A DNA stretch of 63,942 bases, filler included, from Octopus bimaculoides (GCF_001194135.2; 8 parts of 7 records of this genome joined end to end with filler, not necessarily neighbours in it), one strand, 5' to 3'; shown: positions 1-11,236, counted from the first letter of the whole stretch. Notes: generated from the letters alone by a model not told the origin. Numbers and translations are program-made.

Positions 1-33
1 ATACCGGAGTAAGCACATAAAATGTGCAACAAA

Positions 34-73
34 ACTGTCCGATGAACGGGAACGTGAAACTCAGAGTAACAGT
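34..73 (+). ncRNA. Minimal type I hammerhead ribozyme-like motif (U4C core variant)
   Basis: ACTGT|CCGATGA|ACG-GGAA-CGT|GAAA|CTC-A-GAG|TA|ACAGT. Stems I, II and III all pair; the core differs from CUGAnGA only at position 4; predicted cleavage triplet GUA. Confidence 0.65.
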
Positions 74-106
74 CTTTTGTTATATTTATGCTGCTTTTAA
101 ATAAAG

Positions 107-143
<37 letters not shown>

Positions 144-180
144 ACTTTGTTATTAAAGTTGTGATCCATTCTGTATCACA

Positions 181-220
181 ACTGTCCGATGGACGGTGAT
201 ATGAAACTCTGAGAAGCAGT
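181..220 (+). ncRNA. Degenerate second hammerhead copy, 147 nt downstream of the first
   Basis: ACTGT|CCGATGG|acggtgatat|GAAA|CTC-T-GAG|AA|GCAGT. Homologous to 34-73, with core and stem II mutations. Confidence 0.5.
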
Positions 221-336
221 TTTTTATGACCTTTTTTGTGTCTTTGCAATTTAAATAACAAATCATATTAATCGACATTTAGTATTCGAGTACTATTTTC
301 CCCACCTTGTTACACATTTATATGGTCACCCTAGTA

Positions 337-495
337 TGTGCAGGAGTGATTGTGTGGTAAGAAATTTGCTTACCAACCACATGGTTCCGGGTTCAGTCCC
401 ACTGCATGGCATCTTGACCAACTATTTATAGCCTCGGGTCGACCAAATCCTGGCCAGTGGATAGGTAGACGGAAACTGAAAGAACCCCGTCGTAC

Positions 496-497
<2 letters not shown>
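337..497 (+). mobile_element. tRNA-derived SINE family A, 5' part
   Basis: caggagtgattgtgtggtaag...ggttccgggttcagtcccactg...gtagacggaaactgaaagaa; homologous to the copies at 6749, 45983 and 52534. Confidence 0.8.
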
Positions 498-502
<5 letters not shown>

Positions 503-563
<61 letters not shown>

Positions 564-889
564 NNNNNNNNNNNNNNNNNNNNNNNNNNNNNNNNNNNNN
601 NNNNNNNNNNNNNNNNNNNNNNNNNNNNNNNNNNNNNNNNNNNNNNNNNNNNNNNNNNNNNNNNNNNNNNNNNNNNNNNNNNNNNNNNNNNNNNNNNNNN
701 NNNNNNNNNNNNNNNNNNNNNNNNNNNNNNNNNNNNNNNNNNNNNNNNNNNNNNNNNNNNNNNNNNNNNNNNNNNNNNNNNNNNNNNNNNNNNNNNNNNN
801 NNNNNNNNNNNNNNNNNNNNNNNNNNNNNNNNNNNNNNNNNNNNNNNNNNNNNNNNNNNNNNNNNNNNNNNNNNNNNNNNNNNNNNNNN

Positions 890-952
<63 letters not shown>
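503..952. repeat. (TG)n microsatellite flanking an N gap
   Basis: Pure TG runs on both sides of the N run; typical of dozens of similar loci in the window. Confidence 0.95.
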
Positions 953-955
<3 letters not shown>

Positions 956-956
956 C

Positions 957-1542
957 AGAAAATGGAGAAAACCTCAGATTAACAAACACATTGTTTGGAC
1001 CATATTTATAGCTTATTTTTTAATATAAAGCATGACATAATAAATTGGTGGCGTAACAAATCTTACGGCCGTTTCCGATTCGTTGCCAAAACGCTTTCTA
1101 TAAATAATTGCCAAAATAAAGTTCTTCATCTTCATTGCAGATTCAAATTTTTTACTTCATCAAAGTAAAAAACAAGAGCATCCAATATAAAAAAGGGAAG
1201 AAGGAAAAATGGCCTACAAAAGAAGCCCCTATATGGTAGATTATATGCTTTTAATATATTGAGTTCTAGACTTCTTTCCAGACAACGTTTTCTTTCCTTT
1301 TCCTTCTTCTCTTTGTTTATATTGGATGCTATTTCATTTACTCTGATGAAGCTCTGTGCATTAATTCGAATGTCTTATGAAGATGAAAAACTTTATTTTC
1401 GCAATTATTTACAGACAGCGTTGTGGCAACGGATCGGAAACAGCCGTAAGATTTGTTACGTCACCTATTTATTATATCATGCTTTGTATTAAAAAATAAG
1501 CTATAAATTTGATCTAATCGATGTGTTTGTTAATCATTTTCT
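957..1542. mobile_element. Foldback/MITE-like element, about 585 bp, with roughly 250-bp inverted arms
   Basis: For example, tcttacggccgtttccgattcgttgccaaaacgct (1061) is the reverse complement of agcgttgtggcaacggatcggaaacagccgtaaga (about 1417) with 3 mismatches. Pairing extends from about 957-1210 against 1290-1542. Confidence 0.8.
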
Positions 1543-1589
1543 AGTTATTTGTTTCTTGATAAATTCTTGTTTATCCTGTTGTTACCTGC

Positions 1590-2110
1590 ACTCTACGTGC
1601 ATAGTGTACGAGTAGGTAAGATTTTTCTTAGCTTAGTAGACAAGCACTTCTTCCGTACAAATAGGTTCAGCAAAATATTTAACAAGCATACGGTGAAAAT
1701 TTCCTTTAGCTGTGCACCCAATCTGAAAAAGATTTTAGTAAGTTGCTCACACCAGAGATAGCGGCATGATGTTCTTGTAAGGTTAACACAACATGTCCAC
1801 TGTAATGCGGAGACCGTGATGTACGAGGTAGAGGTAAGAGCGATAGGGCCATATGGGCAACCAAACGAGCGAAAGTAGGTGGGAACAACTGAAGTCCCCT
1901 TCAGTACCCACGATAACACCACAAGCCCTCCTTCAACATCCCAAAGAGACGTAACGCCACGTCCCTGGCTAAGTATGTATGGTCATTGAAGGAAAGTACC
2001 ACCGAGTACAGCATAAAATGGAAAATTCTAGAGAAATGTAAAACGTACATCAATAGCAGCAGGATGTGCAGGTTATAATTAGCTGAGAAAAGAGTGATTT
2101 TAAACATCTC
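1590..2110 (+). mobile_element. Degenerate Penelope-like element, linker plus GIY-YIG endonuclease region
   Basis: Reads GKIFLSLVDKHF..FSKIFNKHTVKISFSCAPN, then CSCKVNTTCPL, VGTTEVPF and ATSLAKYVWSLKE..YSIKWKILEKCKTY..MCRL*LAEK; stops and frameshifts present. Confidence 0.75.
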
Positions 2111-2184
2111 CCACATCCCAGGCATTTCCTATTCAAGGAAATGCCTGGGTGCTGGGAGATCTTTAAAATCACTCTTTTCTCAGC
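2082..2184. repeat. 49-bp-arm palindrome (4 mismatches, 5-nt loop) at the end of the PLE fragment
   Basis: Arms 2082-2130 and 2136-2184 aligned by hand. Confidence 0.9.
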
Positions 2185-3119
2185 AGCCTATCATACCCGT
2201 GTGTCCCCTCATTACTATAATTCCCAGTCCCCCAATTTTGACCCTCCACCGATACCTTGGAGTCCGACAAGTAGTTTGACCAGCACATACGTTAGCTCAC
2301 TCACAAGCAAACAAACACGCCTCTGCACAGCGGACACCCACCAATAGACTGTTTTCTACCGTCCCCAATATAATCTCCCACACAGATTGTACCCCTACAC
2401 ACATCGCATACATACATAATTGCGTGTGAATTTAACCAAAACATAAAAGAAAGGAAACACACTCACGAACACAGATGTGTATTTCCCTTCCCCTGCAAAG
2501 GTTATACATATAGTACCACTTCAAACATTCCATTTCCACAAGAATATCAACCTTAAAGTCACACACAGCATTTCCCGCAAACTCGTTTCCAGAAGACTCT
2601 TGTGGACTTGCAAAAATTCCGCCCCACGAGATGGCGTTTTGGTACCAAGGGACATGACTCTTAACTTAATCCCTTAGACAATTCGTTTCATCATCTCTTT
2701 CACAGCAACCACAAACTGAATGTGTCTATTCACCTCCAACAATAGAGAGCAGTTGCCATATTTCATTCCATAACGGCTACAATGTATAAATAATACTGTA
2801 CACACACAAACACACACACATACACACACATGCACACTCACATGCACACACACATGCACATGCATATATAAACACACACACACATACACAAACACACACA
2901 CACACATACACAAACACACACACACACATACACAAACACACACACATATATATCGCAAATAGTGAGAGATTATCAATCCGGGCAAAATATTTCATAAGCT
3001 CTCAGTTGACACACAAAGCTAACAATATTATTCAGATAAGTGAAGAACTCCAAGTGTTACTGTGGCAGGGTCTCCAGTTCATCAGAATTCTATATTGTAA
3101 ATCCGTAGACGGGCTCCAC

Positions 3120-4450
3120 ACAAACTGGCTGAAATAAAAGCGACTATCGTTAAAATGAACAATGGAAAGCGTCCTGCTACGGATGAATTACGTGCAGAGA
3201 TATACAAAAATGGTAGTGAACATCTCTCTACAATGTTGGCAGGTGTGATTCAGAGGGTTTGGCATAGTGAAGTGGTTCCTCAGTATTGGCAGGATACGGT
3301 CATAAAGACACTCTATAAATCGAAAAGTGAAAAGGGTGTCTGCGATAATTTTCGTGGCATTTGTCTATTAGCTGTGGCTGGAAAGGTCTTTATAAGGTAA
3401 TGCCGGATAGAGTGCATCTGCACATTGCTGATGTGGTTCTATCAGATTACAATGTGAGTTTAGAGGTGTTAGGAGTACTATGGTTATGATATTTTAAGGT
3501 AGACAACAACAAGAGAAATGCATCGGACAGGATCAAGTTTTTATTGATCTGATAAGTGTTTGATATTGTAAATTGAGTTACACTTTGCGAGATCTTGAAA
3601 AAGCTGGACTGCCCTAAAAATTTTATGAGAATGCTTAGACCATTTCATGACGAGATGGAGATGAGAATTAATGTTGGAGTCTATTCAGATCACATTTCTA
3701 TAGGAAATGGTGTTAAACAGAGTGGTATTCCTGCTTCTACCTTCTTTGCGCTGTATTTTACAATTTATGTATTTAGCAAGTGCTCTGAGTACAACTGTTC
3801 TTGAGAATGAAATTTCATATAGAATCATCAAAGCTAGAGATGCCTTTGGTAGGCTTGACAAGCGTCTCTCGTCACAGCATAGCATACCGATCCGAACTAA
3901 AGTTACGGTTTATAACACACGGATTATTTATCGTAAGCATTTGAAGCATTTGGAACAATTCCATCAATGTTGTCATCTGAAAATCCTTTGCATAAACTGG
4001 AGAATGGCAATTAGTGATGACGAGATACTTGGAAGAAGTTTTAGTAGGTGTGTAGATTCGATCATTCTGCACAGCCATTTGGGGTGAGGTGGACATCAAT
4101 TGAGAATGAGTGATAAAAGACTTCCAAAGCAACTTTTGTATGGTGTGCTGGAAGATCACAGAAGGCCAAAATCCAAAATGAGGTTCAAAGACTGCCTTAA
4201 AACTACTTTGACACAAACAAGAATTTCGGATGCTGATTGGGAGAGAGGAGCATAAGACCAAATTGGATGAAGGAAAACAGTGCATTGTGGTTGCAAGAAG
4301 TTTGAAAAACAGAAAATTAAGCAAGAGAAGGCTTGAAAAGAATAAACCAGTAGAATATGAAGGAGCATTGATTTTTATGTGTGTGATTTGTAAGAGGAAA
4401 TGTTTAAGTCATGCAGACCTGGTTAGACATCAAATAAGCCACAAGAATAA
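3120..4450 (+). mobile_element. Decayed RTE-clade LINE ORF2 (RT, thumb and C-terminal C2H2 finger)
   Basis: MNNGKRPATDELRAEIYK...VPQYWQD...KGVCDNFRGICLLAVAGKVF; ENEISYRIIKARDAFGRL; RMSDKRLPKQLLYG..RFKDCLK; CVICKRKCLSHADLVRHQISH. Confidence 0.85.
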
Positions 4451-4899
4451 ACCCCTTGTAAATTATGATATAGTTATTGCTCACAACAGAATATGTGCCG
4501 TTCAGATGAATGATTAAAAGACATATCAAAAGACTTCATGCTGTGGCACCGGTTCCTTCTGCCAGACAGCACAACTGTACATTATACAATAAAATGTGCA
4601 AATTGTTGGCGGAGCTCAAGAATCATATAAGGGCCTCACATTGCATTATCAATGACTCATATCAGTGATACTTTCTAGTAGTGGAATTTCTCATATACGA
4701 GAAAGCAGCCACTATATACATATGTGTGTATGTGTGTGTGTGTGTGTGTGCGTGTGTGTATCTACATCTCCCATACACTTACCTATATTGGAACAACTCA
4801 GTGACCATTATTTCTACAAGAAGCTAGACTAAAACGAGGATAAAAATACCATGTTCAAGATTCATAGTCTGGTCTCAAAATACCTAACTGAGTGATACC

Positions 4900-6610
4900 C
4901 TAACTGAGAATGGAGTTAATTATTTAACCAACTTCGAAGTAAAAGCCGGTAACTTCTATGGTTTACCCAAGATCCACAAATCAAGGGAAAATCTAAGGCA
5001 ACATAAAATTCAAACATAAAATTCAAACAATTCAACATATGTCGAAATTCCGAAACCCAGAGATCTGAAACTATGCCCAATCATTGAAGGACCAGCTGTG
5101 CTTAAGCAACTTAGTAGATATAGTTTTAAAACCTTTATGCAAATTGATACCAAGCTTTGTCCGGGACGATATGGAATTCTTAAACTACATATCTAAAAGT
5201 GTTCATCGGGAGAGAATTCTTGTTAGTTTCGATGTAACTAGTCTATACACTAATATCCCACACGACATAGAAATTGAAACTATAAATTTCTGGTTAACAA
5301 AACACTCGAGTCATATCATGGTAAGATTCTCAAAACCCTTCATTTTAGAAAAATTTTAATTAATACTGGAAAATAATTACTTCTTCTTCGACAACTTCTA
5401 CTTACAACTTCTACTTACAAACAAGAGGAACAGCGAAGTATCCCCCACCTATGCAACACTCGTAATGGGTTTCTTAGAGGTCAAACTCTATTCCCAACTA
5501 ACGGAAACATTTAACGAACAATTCTCATTTTATATTAACAAAAACAATTGGAAACGGTATTTGGATGATTGTTTTATATTCTGGATCAAAAACCAATAAG
5601 CCTTAGAAATCTTTCACTCACTTTTAAGTAATTTACAAGCCTCAATAAAATTCACCATGGAACAACACGCAAAGGATTTACCATTTTTATACATACTTAT
5701 AATTAAAGAAAATAACACCATTAAAACAAATCTCTTCTACAAACCTACAGACACACACCAATATTTGAACTTTCATTCCTCACATCCCTCACATTTCAAA
5801 AGAAACATACCTTTTCATGTGGCTAAATGAATTTGCACTATAGTAATAGATGCTGAATTAAGGGATAAAAGATTACAAGAATTAAAAATATTTCTAAAAC
5901 ACCAAAAATATCTTACTAGTTTTATTGACACAGCAATCATAAAGCAAAAAAAACATCCCAACTAGAGACCTGAGAGGAAAACAAACACACAGAAATAAAA
6001 ATAAACTCATAAGCATTCTTTTTGTCATTGCCCACAACCCAAGAAATCACTACATCATCAATATTGACAAAAGGTACCTCCCAATTCTTCAACAATCATC
6101 AAGAATGCACAAATTAATAACAGATTCAAAAGTAATTTGTAGCAGACGTCAAACACCTAGCCTAAGAAAGCTCTTAACTCCAGCAAGATTTACAACTAGT
6201 GAAACAATAAAGAGAGTTCAAAAATATGGTGACCCTCGCTGTGGAACCTGTGATTACATTCAAGAATGAGAAAAAAATTACTTTCAAAGACAACAACAAC
6301 TTTAGAATAAATGCAAACATGAATTGTAAATCCAGGAACTTAATCTACTGTGTCACATGTCTGGAATGCAAAGAACACTACATTAGTGAAACGGGCATTG
6401 GACTATATGAGAGAATAAGGGTACATAAACAACAAATTCATGACCCATTCGTTAGAAACACAATTTGTAGTGAACACTTCGAAAAATGTGGAAAAAGAAA
6501 ACTCAAAATATTCCCTTTCTTCTAACTATAGACAGGAAATGAATATTTTTGTAAGATCAAGGAAGAATACTTTATTCGAAAATACCAACTGAAACTGAAC
6601 AAAAAAATAA
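4900..6610 (+). mobile_element. Decayed Penelope-like element ORF (RT plus GIY-YIG)
   Basis: FYGLPKIHKS; LVSFDVTSLYTNIPH; WKRYLDDCFIFW; FYKPTDTHQYLNFHSSHP; NCKSRNLIYCVTCLECKEHYISET..ERIRVH; frameshifted. Confidence 0.9.
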
Positions 6611-6748
6611 TACCAAAACCACTTGAACTACCATCCCGACAATCCACAGAAAGGTACCAAAACAACCTGAATAATGAGAACTACATCTGAGCGTACACTC
6701 TTTTATGTATTTTATATATGTGTGTGTGTGTACATATGTGGGTATGTA

Positions 6749-7123
6749 TACTCTTTTACTTGTTCCAGTCATTTGACTTCGGCCATGCTGGAGCACCGCC
6801 TTTAGTCGAGCAAATGGACCCCAAAACTTATTCTATGGGTCTCTTTTGCTGAACCACTAAGTTACGGGGACGTAAACACACTAGCATCGATCGTCAAGCG
6901 ATGTTGGGAGACAAGCACAGGCACACAAATATATACACACGCATACATATACATATATACGATGGGCTTCTTTTGGTTTCCGTCTACCAAATCCACTCAC
7001 AAGGCTCTAGTCGGCCCGAGGCTATAGTAGAAGACACTTGCCCAAGGTGCCACGCAGTGGGACTGGACCCAGAACCATGTGGCTGTTAAGCAAGCTACTT
7101 ACCACACAACCACTTCTGCGCCT
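6749..7123 (-). mobile_element. SINE family A, near full length
   Basis: Reverse complement gives the tRNA-like head aggcgcagaagtggttgtgtggtaagtagcttgc, the body and the aagagta tail; closely similar to 52534-52948. Confidence 0.85.
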
Positions 7124-7134
7124 ATAGTTGACAT

Positions 7135-7262
7135 TTACAGAAAAACAAAAGACGAAGACAGGTGTATGAACAATAAGTAGATGTATTAGTTTGACACTCG
7201 AGTAAGTGAGAAAGTCTTTTACGTTTCGAGCCTACGCTCTTCTATAAAAAGGAATATGAGGA
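7135..7262 (-). mobile_element. Short PLE-type tail carrying a degenerate hammerhead motif at 7216-7251
   Basis: Minus strand: CTTT|TTATAGAA|GAGC-GTAG-GCTC|GAAA|CG|TA|AAAG, followed by a pyrimidine-rich tail resembling 46364-46470. Confidence 0.5.
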
Positions 7263-7521
7263 AATAAATATATGCTTGTCTTGGTGTATATATCTCTGTG
7301 TGTGAATGCATGTATGTATGTGTGCGCGTATCTTGAGATATATCTATACGTATATATGTGTGTACATTTCTGTATGCATATGCACGTATGTATATAAGTG
7401 TATGTATGTCTATGTATGAGTGTACGTATGAATATATGTGTATATGTACATGTGTGTATATATGCATGTATGTGTGTATGTATACGTATGCATATAGGTG
7501 TCTATATAAATATGTTTATGC

Positions 7522-7566
<45 letters not shown>

Positions 7567-8059
7567 AGAGAAATTATTGAAGGAACGCATCTAGGCAATC
7601 AATACAAATTCCAAACCACAATTTAAAACACACAACGAAATAAATAAACATATAAATTCATGTAAATAAGGGAATAAAATTACATGTAAGAGTTGTATGT
7701 AAATACGTTGGTTTCAGTTACCAAATGGAGAAGTAACAAATAATGACACAAAAATCCAAGGTAAGGGATGTTTATATGAATTGTCGGATGAGAGTCCAAA
7801 ATTTGAAAAGTCAGGAGTAAATGAATTTAGTAAAAATTATTAAATCAGATAAATATACAAATTCGGGTAAGGGATGTCATCCACGGCCGTCTCAGGGATA
7901 CATTAAATGTATAAATGGCGCTTTAAGTATTCCATATACAAAAACATAATCTCCCGCCCTCATTAGAATGCTTTCCTTCGTGATGAAATCGTACATGATA
8001 ATGATTTGATAAATTGAAAAAGGAGGAGAATTTTTTTTAATTTTTTAAAATAAATTTTT

Positions 8060-8395
8060 AAAGCTCATATGCAAATGATAATATACTGTCAAGAAAGGAA
8101 GGATCTAAAGTTAATAATCAAGAATGCAAATATTAATAAGATAAGTTTTAATAGATTTAGCAACCGGATCTAATTCTATATATCTTTAGAAATTTTTAAT
8201 AGAACTTATGGTAGATCTTTTATAATTAGTAAGTTTACAGAGCTCATATGTAAGGGATAACATACTGGCTAGAATGGAAGGATCTAGGATTTACAGCAAA
8301 GACATTCAAATATTAATAAGGTAAGTATGGATAAATTTAGTTAGCATTGTCTAATTCTATGTGTCCTTAGAAATGTTATATATAGCTTATGGGTA
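8060..8395. repeat. Diverged tandem duplication, period about 177 bp, in the PLE downstream region
   Basis: agctcatatg..ggaaggatcta..aatattaataag..tctaattctat..ttagaaat..cttatgg occurs twice. Confidence 0.75.
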
Positions 8396-8399
8396 TATG

Positions 8400-8659
8400 A
8401 AGGAATCGCATCCAAAAAATTGCTCAACATATTAGCATTAAATAATTTTAGAATTAGATACGATTCCCTAACACATTATTTACATCAGTCCGTTCCATTA
8501 CTAAACGGGGGAGCGCCGGTAATTATGAACCATGATAGTTCATACGTTAAATTTCTATCGCTATGGTTAGTCACAAAGGCCTCTAAAGTGGAGGATGTCT
8601 TACATTTAGGGATTGTGAAAGAATTCATGTAGACTCTTTTGAAGTCAGTCGGGGTTCCT
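8400..8659 (-). mobile_element. Penelope-like GIY-YIG C-terminal fragment
   Basis: Minus translation GTPTDFKRVYMNSF...SSTLEAFV...YELSWFIITGAPPFSNGTD*CK*CVRESYLIL; same family pattern as 1590-2110. Confidence 0.6.
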
Positions 8660-8673
8660 ATATATATATATAT

Positions 8674-8773
8674 NNNNNNNNNNNNNNNNNNNNNNNNNNN
8701 NNNNNNNNNNNNNNNNNTTAATTAATTAANNNNNNNNNNNNNNNNNNNNNNNNNNNNNNNNNNNNNNNNNNNN
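8674..8773. other. Artificial assembly linker (44 N + TTAATTAATTAA + 44 N)
   Basis: The same 12-mer sits between N runs at 8718, 10852, 20313, 52205, 54346, 56676 and 58855 and puts stop codons in all six frames. Confidence 0.9.
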
Positions 8774-8992
8774 GGAATAGTTTCATTTTTGAAGTGAAAG
8801 TATTTGACATGAGTGTTTTTGTTTCACTTTTGACACGTAATACTTAAATAGTGGAGGAGATATTATGTTGCTGTGGTCTTGAACTATGCAAGAAGTTAAA
8901 AAAATTTTTTTGAGTAAAACACAACCGGGACCCTAAGTAAGGCATATGTAAAATTTGAATGAAATTGGTTGTGTAGTTCTCGAGTTTTAGGG

Positions 8993-9026
<34 letters not shown>

Positions 9027-9057
9027 TCTCATTTTTATATATATAGATATATATATA
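8774..9057 (+). mobile_element. Interspersed repeat, probably the 3' end of a non-autonomous Helitron-like element
   Basis: Homologous to 16497-16772; ends ...aaatttgaatgaaattggttgtgtagttc...cacac-attctcatttttatatatatagat. Helitron (Lep1/DINE-like) assignment is inferred from this terminus. Confidence 0.55.
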
Positions 9058-9159
9058 TAATGGGCACAATAGCAAAAGTTCAAATCAGGTAAACTACAGT
9101 TAACACATGCGGGTTTAATTAAGATAAAAATAAGAATACTCCAAGCTGAAACATATATT

Positions 9160-9429
9160 GATATATTAGAGATATGAAAATCTAAAAATATATGAATACT
9201 AAAAATATACATGGACTTATAAATATAGGGATATATAAACATAATAATAATGGAATACAGATAAAAACGTTTCTTTTTTAAAAATTAAAATATGGTATAA
9301 AATATGGTATATAAAACGTTTTTATCTATATTCCATTATTATTATTATGTTTATATATCCATATATTTATAAGTCCATGTATATTTTTAGTATTCATATA
9401 TTTTTAGATTTTTATATATCTAATATATC
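9160..9429. repeat. AT-rich palindrome with about 113-bp arms (9160-9272 / 9314-9429)
   Basis: Arms are near-identical reverse complements, e.g. atgaatactaaaaatatacatggacttataaatat against atatttataagtccatgtatatttttagtattcat. Confidence 0.9.
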
Positions 9430-9825
9430 ATTTAACTACGGTAGTAGCTGAATAATATTCTCAAGGCTGCAATTTATGCACATGCAGCATCTTCAGAGCT
9501 TTGTCGCTAATTCAGTTCTTAACTAAATTGAAAACTGTTAACATTTTTGAAGAGAGCTGGTCCCTAGCTACATTTTGGCATAAAAATTGAGATTTGGTCC
9601 ACGTCTCTCTCTCTGTCTCAGTCAATCACTCACACACTCACTCACTAAAAAAAAAGATGCAAGAAAAACTAAATAGATAAAAAAATTTATGCTGTCACTC
9701 TNNNNNNNNNNNNNNNNNNNNNNNNNNNNNNNNNNNNNNNNNNNNNNNNNNNNNNACTCAAACACTCACTCAAAAAAGATGCAAGGAAAAATAAATTTTA
9801 AAAAATGTATGCTGTGTCTCTTTCC

Positions 9826-9863
<38 letters not shown>

Positions 9864-11122
9864 CGCACACACAGAATAACAACAACAACAATAACAACGC
9901 ACACCTTCTCTCTCTCTCATACACACACACACGCACAACACACACTTTAAATTTATTATTCAATTTTCAATAAGGTAAAATCTTAAATTATTAATTGACA
10001 CATTATCAATTAGCATAATAGCATAGCCTGGAAAAAGCATGGATTATATGGAAAAATGCGAGCAAGAGAAATAATATTCTGAAGATTATAAACCTGAAAA
10101 AGTACAGAACAAGTTAGTACATCTCGTAAAGTACAGAACAAGAAAATTTTGCAGCTAAGCATAAAATTTGAATGTTAAAAATTATTTGATTTTAATTTAC
10201 AAAGTAACATTATAATTAAAAAAGATACCATCATTTTGTTAAAATATTGACACACTAGAATACTTAAAAAATGAGAGCCAGAAGTACCAATATAGTTAAA
10301 GTTTTATGCAAAGTAGAATAGTATATATGGAAAGCAAATTCATTCTGTAAAAAATAGGCATTGAGTCAAGGCTAAAAATGTGAAGACTTGGCAATAACTC
10401 AAGCAAATTTTACTGTGAGTTTGTTGTTATAGGTAGATCTTACTGTAACATATAGCTAATTTTTGTATTATTCTATTTATTGTACTAATTTGCACTACTA
10501 TTATTTTTTATAACCTATTTTCAAATTTCTAATTATTAATTAATAATTAAAAAATGAATTTTTTTTAAAGTGCAAAAAATATTTTGAGTTATTTTTTTAT
10601 TTTTATTAGAAACAACAAGAAATAACAAATAGAAGTAATAACTTGTAATAAGACTTTTAATTTTAATAAAAGCTAATATTTTCTAAATCTAAATATTTTA
10701 TTTGAAGTTTTATCCTGAGCTAGAATATTTTAAGTAAAAATTTTGTCCTGTACTTTTCCAAGTTTATAATCTTAAGAATATTATTTCTCTTGCTCGCATT
10801 TTCCCTTNNNNNNNNNNNNNNNNNNNNNNNNNNNNNNNNNNNNNNNNNNNNTTAATTAATTAANNNNNNNNNNNNNNNNNNNNNNNNNNNNNNNNNNNNN
10901 NNNNNNNCCGTTATTCATAAAGATGCCTTGTTGCTGTTGAGTAAAATTTGAAATAAACACTAAAATATTTGTAATACTAATACATCTGTAACGACCGTGC
11001 GATCAGGAGATGGGTGACGAGGAATGGTTCCTTTAGCACGAAATGAGGTTAAATGTATATATAACAGAGAGAGAAGTACGCTTCACATCAATGCACTGTG
11101 TTAGATAGATCAAGTATTATAC

Positions 11123-11236
11123 AAATTTAGGCACTGTCATAGGCCAGCAACAGGCATGCAGGCAGACAGACAGATACTTCACTAGCAGTGAGCACTTTCA
11201 CTTCTGACAGCTAATAGCATGACAGTGCCCAAATTT
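11123..11236. repeat. Small inverted-repeat-bounded unit (18-bp arms, 17/18 match)
   Basis: aaatttaggcactgtcat ... atgacagtgcccaaattt. Confidence 0.6.

Noticed and set aside
1341-1375. CTGATGA as a hammerhead core
   Set aside because: No GAAA or stem II, and it is simply part of the foldback arm.
3050-3100. Minus-strand CTGATGA-A...GTAAC motif
   Set aside because: GAAA is mutated and stems I and III are unconvincing; it may be a very old PLE relic but is not supportable.
4540-4570. GCTGT-CTGGCAGA..GAACCGGT..ACAGC hammerhead-like string on the minus strand
   Set aside because: No stem II; better explained as a small hairpin.
8718-8729. TTAATTAATTAA recurring seven times as a possible regulatory motif or repeat
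   Set aside because: Always centred in a 100-nt N block and gives stops in six frames, so it is an assembly linker, not biology.
10987-11100. TGTAAC as an LTR terminus
   Set aside because: No matching second LTR, PBS, PPT or TSD found.
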